Origin: Mesotaenium endlicherianum
Lineage: Eukaryota
Reading direction: 5' to 3'
NCBI GenBank assembly: GCA_009602735.1
Contig: WELA01001627.1
Location: forward strand, 149,042 to 169,041
DNA length: 20,000 nt
This document shows, piece after piece, positions 1-8,213 of this stretch (the first letter of the stretch is position 1; each line of letters opens with the position of its first letter). Under the pieces are notes generated by a model. It was not told the origin of the DNA. It did no database searches and was given only the letters and a program-made list of their open reading frames with translations. A program made the position numbers and the translations under genes.

Positions 1-5
1 AGGCC

Positions 6-1031
6 ATGTACAATGAGGTGGAGAGGAGGAGCTGGGAATTCTTGGCCAGAGAAACCAGTCAGCTGGACTTTGCAGGGCACTGGTACCCTTGTACTCTCAA
101 AAAGACAGACGCTGCCTTCTTCCAAAAGCCCACTGATTGGCGGTGGATGACCATCAACATGAGGGACCAGCAGAATGACAGGGCGACGGATGAGGATTTC
201 CTGACAGACCTAAACGGGAACATAGTATTGCCCCCTCACATTGCGGCTTGGGACCCAAGATTGGATGGAGTCAGAGACTGCATGAGCCAAGAGATGCAGG
301 GGGACAGAAGCAGGGCCCGAGACACGATTACGCCAGGATGGCACGCTTATGCCAAATGGGCAAGTAAGCAGGGGGAAAAGGACCTCTATGCGGTCCGGAC
401 TCAGCAGCCCCCACCAGCACCCAAAAGGGGAAGGTCAGTAGGATATTCTTTTTCTCGGGAAGAGCTGGAGCAGCTGACAGAAGAGACCCCAGAAGTCTTA
501 GAGGAACCCGGGGACGGAGAGGAGGAGGAGTCAGAGGAAGACGAGGAGGAAGGCGAGGAGGAGGACACTAGCCCCGCCGTGATCCTGACGCCTGCCACAT
601 CCCCTATAAGGGAGAAGACGGGGTTGGCCATGCAGCAACTCGCTGAAGAAGAGGATATCACTTGGCTGGGGACTGCCAGAGGACAGACCCCATCTCCAGG
701 CAAGGAGACCCAGTCAGACAGGGCAGACAGGAGGGCTGCTCGGGAGATAGCCAGAGGCCTGCCAGCATCTCCCTCGCAGAGAGGGCATGTACCCTTGGCT
801 CATGTTATGCAACATCCTTCTGGGATGCCGGTATACGTACCTGTCAGTTTGAGGGCTGCCCAGGAGAAGGCTGCCTCCCTCCAGACTGTGCAGGAGGAAA
901 CAGCCCAGTTACTGCGTTCTCCACGGGGTCCTTACACGGAACCCCCCTCTCTAACAGGCTTCAGAAGGCCCCAAGACAGGACGAGGTCTGGCTCCCCTGA
1001 GTATAGGGCCTCAGGGACATCTCCCTCCTAA
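6..1031 (+). CDS. Intact unknown ORF (>=341 aa, possibly open beyond the window start) in the 3' internal region of LTR retroelement family A
   Basis: Stop-free ORF with a Trp/aromatic-rich N-terminal ~130 aa, an acidic tract (EEEESEEDEEEGEEED) and an S/P/R-rich tail. It ends 73 nt before a PPT and LTR. No RT, RNase H, integrase or chromodomain motif recognised. Confidence 0.7.
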   Translation: MYNEVERRSWEFLARETSQLDFAGHWYPCTLKKTDAAFFQKPTDWRWMTINMRDQQNDRATDEDFLTDLNGNIVLPPHIAAWDPRLDGVRDCMSQEMQGDRSRARDTITPGWHAYAKWASKQGEKDLYAVRTQQPPPAPKRGRSVGYSFSREELEQLTEETPEVLEEPGDGEEEESEEDEEEGEEEDTSPAVILTPATSPIREKTGLAMQQLAEEEDITWLGTARGQTPSPGKETQSDRADRRAAREIARGLPASPSQRGHVPLAHVMQHPSGMPVYVPVSLRAAQEKAASLQTVQEETAQLLRSPRGPYTEPPSLTGFRRPQDRTRSGSPEYRASGTSPS

Positions 1032-1103
1032 TGGCAGTAGGCTGGGGACGGAAGGGACAGTACGCAGTTATTAGCGTTAGTATTGTCGAGGCGACAACAT
1101 GAT

Positions 1104-1116
1104 AAGTTGGAGGGAC
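1104..1116 (+). promoter_or_regulatory. Polypurine tract of family-A LTR element
   Basis: AAGTTGGAGGGAC immediately precedes the LTR start TGTAA at 1117. Confidence 0.65.
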
Positions 1117-1837
1117 TGTAATTGATCAGTATATTGGTCGACATAATATTCATTTAAATAATATAATTAAATAAGTTCAGCCTGCTGAACTCTAGTTAAT
1201 GGTCAATCTGCTGGACTTTATATTTAATATCAGTTTAATGACTCAGCCGAAAGTAGCAGGCTGGTGTCAGCTTAAGTCAGCGTGCTGACACATTCTTTGA
1301 CAGCCAGCTGACTTCCGTACTCGGTAGCAGCGAACTGCCTCGATATGCATCTAAGTGTGGTATGCTAGATGAATTGCCAGATGACATCCCTATGATGGAT
1401 GGCGATTCGGGATGATGGGAGATGGCGGTGGATTTGGTTAACCGAGGTCCTACCAGCGTGGTTAACTCCCGGGTAGGCGGTGCCATCGCACTGGCCGTTG
1501 AACAGTAAACTCATTCCATATACATATGCTAGGCATTGCTCTCGAGTTCGGCATTCGGAAACGAGGCCAACGCTCTTGTACAGCTTACTGAGAGCGATCT
1601 GAATCCAAGGCCAGAAGCCATTGGTACGCACTGTCTTCTAACCTTGCTTATGTATGAGTTTACTGATTTGCATTATTGATGCTAGTTTACTCGCATTTGA
1701 CTTACGAGTATTATTCACTGCTAGTGTGTTGTCCTTTGCCGATTAACCAGTTAACGGAAAATACCATAAAGATTACTTGCTGATATAAAGATCTTTATTA
1801 ATTGTTAATCGCCTATTTGATAAGTCGATTCATTTCA
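1117..1837 (+). mobile_element. 3' LTR of family-A retrotransposon (~721 bp)
   Basis: TGTAA...TTTCA termini, preceded by a PPT. The last ~250 nt are homologous to 6924-7158, which ends in the same GTCGATTCATTTCA. Confidence 0.8.
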
Positions 1838-1838
1838 N

Positions 1839-2115
1839 TATAGGAGAATCCATCGGGCATCACAATCTCCTCGTCATGGTCAAGAGTTCGCATAGTAATA
1901 CCGTGCTTGGTGGCAAAATCTGCAGCAATGAAGTTGCCTTGAGCTCCGCTATCCACCAAGATGTGGACCTTCTCTCCTCCAAGGTAACCTCTCAAACTCA
2001 TTGGGGCTAGAATGTCGTCTTCAACGGGGGTCTCCACCTCACTTGGCTTGTTGTCTTCTCGTGAAGTGGGTCTTGGGGTGGTAGGCTCCTGGCCTACAGG
2101 CGCTGTCCGTTTTTT
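1839..2115 (-). pseudogene. Retropepsin-type aspartic protease (start of pol), truncated
   Basis: VHILVDSGAQGNFI active site and MPDG flap, in the -1 frame relative to gag. Interrupted at the N (1838) and LTR-A. Confidence 0.9.
2081..2115 (-). promoter_or_regulatory. Candidate -1 programmed ribosomal frameshift site (A AAA AAC plus downstream hairpin)
   Basis: Gag frame GCA AAA AAC puts the heptamer (2115-2109) in the X XXY YYZ phase. The -1 frame opens into the protease. Downstream GUAGGC-CAGGA-GCCUAC stem. Confidence 0.75.
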
Positions 2116-3296
2116 GCCAACTTTTTGGGACATGAGAGTGCACGATGGCCCTTTTTCTTACAATAAAAGCATAGTCAGGCCGTCATGAGAGCTTCTTTTT
2201 CAGCCGGGGAGAGTCTTGCTTTCACTTCTTGCTGGTTTCTTGCATCATAAGTGTCAATGGAGGATCTTCTACGCTTCTGGGCAGCCGCGGGGTCTCTTTC
2301 AATAACTCCAATTTCCATGGGTGGGTCCAGATTCGGATGTGGAAGGGGCTGCGTACACCTGCGCCGCCAATGGCCGTGGAGATGTAGGCAATGAATGCTT
2401 GAAATCCAAGATATCCACCTTTTGCACCACTTCAATGATCTTTGAGAAGTTCGTCAAGTCGCGTAATTCCACTTCCTTTGCCACCTTGGGCTTGAGGCCA
2501 AAGATGTAGCGATCAATCTTCTCCTCGAGAGACATGTTGGGGATCTCAAGAGTGAGGGCGTGGAATCTGGATGTATACTCTTGAACGGACGTCGTTTGCT
2601 TGAGATGGTGGAGCTTTCCTTGGGCAATCGTCTCCGCATTGCTGGGCATGAATTGCTTCTTGAGGGCCTCACGAAAATCTGCCCATCTTGCATATGATGG
2701 TGGGGGCTCTTGGCCGAGCATGGGGTGCGCCATAGCTTGATATATAGCCGCTTGGTAGTTACGCCACCATCATGTTGCTGCTCCCCTAAGTAAGGTAACG
2801 GCAAAGGGAATGTAGTCCTCCTCGGGTACTTCAAGGAATGCGAGGTACGTCTCTACTTGGTAGAGCCATAAACTCAGGTTGGCATCTTTCCCGGGGTTGA
2901 AAGTGTCGGGTTTGCCGGGTTTGATAAGTTTGCTTGCTCTCGTAGGCTCTTGTGGAGGCGCTTGAGCCGGGGCTGGATTTTGAGCGTTGCTCGTAATAGG
3001 GGCAACCATGGCAGCCATAGCTTCTCTTGACGCTTGCACGGTTGCTTCATAGGTGGCCAAGCCCACTTGGTTGTGGACGGTCATTAGAAAGGCTGCCCAC
3101 TCATTTGCGGGAATTCCTTGTAGTGGGGTCAACTTTTCTATAGCTGCTGCCACGCGATTTGACACTGCTCCTCCTTGTGGTGCTTCTTGTTGTTGCAGAT
3201 TTATTGAGTGTGCTCTCCGGTCGGCGTTGGAGGAGGGTCTTTTGGAGACGAAGCGCTTCCTTCAAAAGCTTGCTATTGGTCTTGAGGATCGGCCAT
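2094..3296 (-). pseudogene. gag: Ty3/gypsy gag (retrotransposon gag plus CCHC zinc knuckle) with stops and frameshifts
   Basis: ATG at 3296 just after the PBS. Motifs KPDTF..LWL, LLRGAAT*W, WADFREALKKQF, LKQTTSVQEYTSRF, YIFGLK, PMEIG, CFYCKKKGHRALSCP. Natural stop at 2094-2096. Confidence 0.9.
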
Positions 3297-3320
3297 CTTC
3301 TTGTGTTACCAAAGTGCCTA

Positions 3321-3332
3321 GCTCCGATACCA
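3321..3332 (-). promoter_or_regulatory. Primer binding site (tRNA-iMet type) of family B
   Basis: TGGTATCGGAGC on the - strand, 1 nt from the LTR end. Confidence 0.9.
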
Positions 3333-3333
3333 C

Positions 3334-3834
3334 TGTAGTGAAACAGATAGATAAAGTACTTAGTGAAATATTATACTTTATCTATTCAAGACAAGGATCT
3401 TTGAACACAAGAGGTAGCTTCTTGAAAGAGAGATGGCTTCTTGAAACTTAACATATTTCTGGAATTTGACGAGTACAAGAGTGATTCTAAAATGCCTTTC
3501 TATGTTAGCTCTTGTCTATATACTTGCTACATGAGTAATTTCTAGGAAGGTGCATGTTGATGTGTTGGCACCCAACACATCCCATAACTCGCCACCTCTT
3601 TCTAGAATAATGTACACATGTCCTTTTGACCTAAAAATGGCACATTTGACTTTTGCCACATGGAGTTCTTCTAGGTCCTTCCTCTAACTTCGAAAATGCC
3701 TTTGAAGGTTCAAAGGACATGAACCAAGTCACTAGAGTATCTATTCACACTTGAATCCACCCAATACTACTCCTTATATATTCAAAAGCATTAAAATAAA
3801 ACGAAACTAGTACATTATATCTCAAATCACTACA
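3334..3834 (-). repeat. 5' LTR of family B (501 bp)
   Basis: Perfect 8-bp terminal inverted repeats TGTAGTGA...TCACTACA. About 94% identical by eye to 19630-20000. Confidence 0.92.
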
Positions 3835-5971
3835 CCAAAAGTAGCGACGTTGCACACTACACAATGCTTCCTCTCCTCAATCTTAGCAGGAAAGTGTCTG
3901 TGGTCCCACCTAGCCTCTCCAACGTGCTGGCATGGTGCTGTCTTAGTTACTACCTTGCTAGGCCCTTCATCATGAGGATGGTGAAAATAGCACATCTCAT
4001 CCATCACCTCCACATACATGTCAAATCTGTCGGAGTCATGATGCGCCAACTTGTACAGAATGAAAGCATTAGCAAGCACGCCATCAAAGATGCTCCAGTA
4101 AGCCCTATGCCACCACTTCCTATTCACTAGGACTCTCAATACTGTAGTTCCTAGCTAGACATAGAGAATCATACTGGTCTACTCCATCCTTGTAAGTATT
4201 ATAATGCTCAACTAATTCAAGAGCTGGCACTTCCTTATTCTCTTTTGCTAATACACGCCTAAGTTAAGTCTTAGGTGCAAGCTCTTTGGCTGTGGACAGA
4301 AAAGCACAAGGCTTGCTATCATTCCAAACATAAGCAATCATAGCAAGCTGCTCATTATATGCAGCTAGACTGTAACTGCTGGGTGGACATTTGACTTCAT
4401 GAGTACCATATCAGTTGGAAACTTTTTCCTATTTGTGATAACTGTTCCTATAGCACCATGCCCTTTCTTAGCTAGCAATGACAAGAGCTCAGGGGAAGTG
4501 AAGCCTCTGTCAATGATAAAATTGAACACTCTACCTACAGGCAGCGTACTCAATAGGTCTAAAATTACCTTAGTCTTCAACCCATCAACTTTTTTTCTAT
4601 CATATATAATGAAAGCATAACAAAAGTATGTAATGTCATCACACAAAGAAAACACTTCCATTCCATACTTGTAAGGCTTAGAGGAATTGTAGATTCTAAT
4701 GCGACACTGTTTGTTTCTAATGGGTATTGTTCTCTCATCTACAGTCATGTTTTCTCCTGGACTATAGTATTGTATAAAGGTCTTGTGACACAAGTCAGTG
4801 AAAGGTTGCATTTGCCATAATTTATACTCTCTAGACTCTTTAGGAAAGTAGGCTCTAGTTTTGTTGTCCTTCACATGAAAGTACCTTCTAATGTCTTTGA
4901 ATATGTTTCTACGCATGAACCTACCAAAAGAAGGCAAAGTAATAGGTCCGTTCATAGTTTTCTGCCAGTACTTACTAAGTCTAGGGAGAGCATGCAGGCC
5001 CATAGCCATACAAAGCCCATGATAGACCACAATTCCTGTGCAAGTGACAGGGATCCAGCCCTTGGCTTGACTTTGAGCAGCATATCTGTTAGTCTTTACT
5101 ACAAGTTGCTCAAAAAACCAGATTGGCATGAGCAGGCAAAAGACTCCAAAAAGAGACAAGGCCTTGAACCTCCTGTCAAGGATTCCTTGCAATCCATGGT
5201 GGTGCTGCTTACTTTTCTTTAGCAGGTCCTCCTCATAGGTCTCTCCAGGAGCAGCAGGCTGCCTATCCCAGACAGGTGGCACATCTTCATCTTCCGAGTC
5301 TTCTTGCTCCTCCTCCTCCACCTCCTCCAAGCTTGCAGCTGTTGGCAGGTCCTCCTCCTCCGAGCTCTCTCCATCAGAGCTTAAGCCACCAGCTTCTTCA
5401 TCATCAGAGTCTAACTATACCTGCTTGCCCTTCTCTTTCTTGCTAGCTCTAACAGCATCAGACATGAACTTACTCCTCTGTACAGGACCTACAATATTGT
5501 TCTTCTTGAAAGGTCTCCCTCTCTTCTTACTTTGCTCAGACCCGGTTTGACTCTCTAGCATGCTAGGAAGTGTAACCTGTTGTTCATCACTGACTTGTGT
5601 GTCAAGAATAGCTCTCTGTTACTCTCTAAACAACTCCAAAGAATTCAATTGTAAATCCGATTGAGGAGCTACTGTTTTCCTCTTGTAAACGCCCAAACTA
5701 ATCTCTTCAAAATATCTGCATCATCTCTAAGGTTTGATTCAACCAACGCTTGAGTGTACATTGGCTTTGTCTTGTCAAAAGCAAAGAAGGCGACATAATG
5801 GTGCTCTTGCCCTCTCTTACCCTCACCTCTCTTTATCACATCTCCCAACAGGTAAAACTCCTCATAATCATCTCCGAATTTATCATACGCCCACGTACGA
5901 CCAAAGGTTACAGCCAAAACTAGTATCCTAGCCTCTAAAAGAGAGTCACGCGAGCTTTCTACGTCGGCCAT
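3835..5971 (-). pseudogene. piggyBac (PGBD-like, DDD) transposase with stops and frameshifts
   Basis: PGENMTVDERTIP, KPYKYG, IDRGFTS, GTVITNRK, WNDSK..LST, YN..KDGVDQYD, RKWWHR..ANAFILY, and the start of the Cys-rich domain RKHCVVC. ATG at 5971 in GCCATGG context. Confidence 0.9.
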
Positions 5972-6248
5972 GGCGGAAGTTAGCAAACAACTGCAAGAAA
6001 TAGACATCAGTTTAAGTCGCAAAAGAGGACCTTCTCTTTGAAGAAATTGAAATTTTGGATTGGCCCGTTTGACCCCCCCGGCCCCATACTTGGTCGTTTT
6101 GACCTGTTAATTGAATGCCAGGTTCCTTGCGACATAAGCTATCATTTGAGATTCATTTCATTAAAAACAAATTAGTGTTAAGAAATTCCAAACACATACC
6201 AGAGGGCCAAGAAGTTGGTCCAAAAAGTGACAGTTGGTCCATATAGGG
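3835..6248 (-). mobile_element. piggyBac-like DNA transposon, 5' portion; 3' end displaced by the family-B insertion
   Basis: Transposase remnant plus a candidate 5' terminus CCCTATATGG (6248) followed by two TGGACCAACT subterminal repeats. The terminus position is uncertain. Confidence 0.75.
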
Positions 6249-6923
6249 ACCTCCGAGCTATCTTGTGTTAACCCGAAAGAAACACCTTAGAAGTGGCCCA
6301 AGGGAGCCATCGATCGCAATCAAACCCGCGATTTCTCGGCCGACGTGTCGCGATTCCGAAGATAGTTGTAAAAGTCAAATGAAACATAATATGCAAAATC
6401 ACTTTGCATCCATGCGGATTTGCTCCCGCAACCCTTTGTTTGAAGTTTTCACACCTAACCGACTTGGCACAGTGGTTATTATAGCTACCGGTTTGTGTCC
6501 GATGAATGTGTACGCAACCTCGCAAGCAGCCGTGACTTTTCAAAAAGTCGCGTGAACATGAAAACGCCCGTTTGGCGTGAAATTGTTTTTCGGAAACCGT
6601 TGAAGAAACCTCCAAACGGCCAAACGGCGCGTTTCGAGTATTCGGCCAAGGGGATTTTACCCCTTCGACCGTTTTTGTTGAACATAAACTAGTGCCCTAG
6701 GTGGTGACTTGAAGCACTCCAGTACCTCACGTTGTGCAAGTTTATATACTTGCAAGAGTCATTGTGAGTGCAATTCTCACAAATACAAATTCAGCTTTAG
6801 TTTTTATTTTTGCTTTCTTGAGGATTGTCAATTATTTGAAGTTATCGTTATTTTATTTCCGCTAAATGTTAAATTTTCCTTGAATACAGAGGCAAGGTCC
6901 TCTCAAAAGACAGAAACGTTACA
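6249..6923 (+). repeat. Family-C LTR, copy 1 (first few nt missing)
   Basis: 6357-6923 aligns with 7516-8079. Both end in AACGTTACA and both carry TCCGAGCTAT near the start. Confidence 0.8.
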
Positions 6924-7158
6924 CTTTCGAGAGGATATTTGAACTACAAGCCGTTACACAAATTGCTTACTAACCTTGCGTGTGTATGAATTTACTGATT
7001 GCATGATTGATGCTCGTGACTGCATTTGACTTGTGAGTATTGCTTATGCATGTTGTGTGGTCTTCTGCTAATAATTTAACCAAAAAATAAAGATTTCTTG
7101 TTAATATGAAGATCTCTTATCAATTGTCAATCGCCTGTTGGTAAGTCGATTCATTTCA
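6924..7158 (+). repeat. 3' portion of a diverged family-A LTR
   Basis: Homologous to ~1585-1837 (CTAACCTTGC..TGTATGA.TTTACTGATT, GCATTTGACTT, TAAGTCGATTCATTTCA). Confidence 0.8.
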
Positions 7159-7161
7159 CTT

Positions 7162-8079
7162 TGTAACGATCCGAGCTATTTTAGGCGTATTTGGGACGTT
7201 TGCCCAACTACCTAAAGTACGTTATACTATTTATCATATTATTTGATAAATGATTGCATCATAATCAATTATTCGCCACACGCGTGTGCCGATTAATTCC
7301 TGGTCGATTGGCAAATCGACCGAGATACTATTGCAAAAAGCGTCGTAACGTTACTCGACTACTTTGCAAAAGTACGACATAATTATTCATAAAGTTACTT
7401 TGATTAATTATGAGATGATAACTTAATAAATCTCGGATTGATTAAGTTGATATGATTGTCATTATTTCGGATAATGCACAGTCACAGATCTCTCATTTAC
7501 GACCAGTCGTTAATACGAAGAAACAGTCGTAAAAGTCAAATGACACGTAATATGCAAAGCAACTTTGCATCCGAGCGGATTCGTACCCGCGACTCGCGTT
7601 TGAAATGTTCACACCTAACCCATTGGCGAAGTATTTATTTATAACTCCCGATTCATGAAAAAAATATTTGTACGTGACTCCGCGAACAGTCGCGACTTTT
7701 CAAAAGTCGCGCGAACGCGAAAACGCCCGTTTGGCGTGAAACGGTTTTTCGGAAATCGTCGAAAAGTCTCCAAACCGCCAAACGGTGCGTTTTGAGCATT
7801 TGGCCGAATGGGTCGTACCCCTTCGACCGTTTTCGTTAAACATGAACCAGTGCCCTAGGTGGTGACTCGAAGCACTCTAGTGCCTCACGATTTGCAAGTA
7901 TAAATACTCGCAAGAGTCATTGTGAGTGCAACTGTCACAAGCACACATTCTACGTTAGTTTTCATTTTTGCTATTTCAAGTATTCGTCAATTTGCACAAG
8001 TATACAGATTTTCTTTCCACTTCAATTAAATATTCCTTGAATACCGAGGAAAGATCATCTTGAAAAGCAGAACGTTACA
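7162..8079 (+). repeat. Family-C LTR, copy 2 (918 bp, complete)
   Basis: 7-bp terminal inverted repeats TGTAACG...CGTTACA. CpG-rich core shared with copy 1. Confidence 0.88.
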
Positions 8080-8082
8080 CAC

Positions 8083-8094
8083 TGGTATCGGAGC
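8083..8094 (+). promoter_or_regulatory. Primer binding site (tRNA-iMet type)
   Basis: TGGTATCGGAGC, 3 nt after the LTR-C end. Confidence 0.88.
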
Positions 8095-8115
8095 TCTAAT
8101 CACAATTTTCTTTGT

Positions 8116-8213
8116 ATGGGAACGACGCAGTCTCAAACTAGCAACTCTCAAAATATGGAGGGTGAGAACAATGATAACATAGAAGGTCAGGCAGAGATCC
8201 AAGTATTTGGACC
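8116..8213 (+). pseudogene. Possible truncated gag N-terminus ([29 protein letters not shown]...)
   Basis: First ATG 21 nt after the PBS, encoding a hydrophilic peptide. It runs into an opposite-strand pol remnant; the junction is uncertain (~8170-8215). Confidence 0.4.

Larger units (their letters stand above)
1839..3834 (-). mobile_element. Ty3/gypsy LTR retrotransposon family B, 5' part (LTR-PBS-gag-protease), cut at 1838
   Basis: LTR 3334-3834, PBS, gag capsid and CCHC motifs, and aspartic protease occur in canonical order on the - strand. Confidence 0.92.

Noticed and set aside
3053..3451. + strand ORFs 3053-3451 and 19358-19747 sharing a C-terminus (VVKQIDKVLS..KERWLLE)
   Set aside because: The shared peptide is just read-through into the same LTR sequence, antisense to gag and RNase H.
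6268..6283. TTAACCCGAAAGA resembling the canonical piggyBac left end
   Set aside because: It points away from the transposase and lies in LTR-C-like sequence, with no partner TIR found. Kept only as an alternative boundary.
6951..6958. Second CGTTACA as the end of LTR-C copy 1
   Set aside because: 6924-6960 aligns with LTR-A (GAGAG.GAT..TGAA, AAGCC.TT), and the copy-2 end aligns to 6923.
6265..7644. Short ORFs within LTR-C and LTR-A'
   Set aside because: Not conserved as frames between LTR copies, and no protein motifs.
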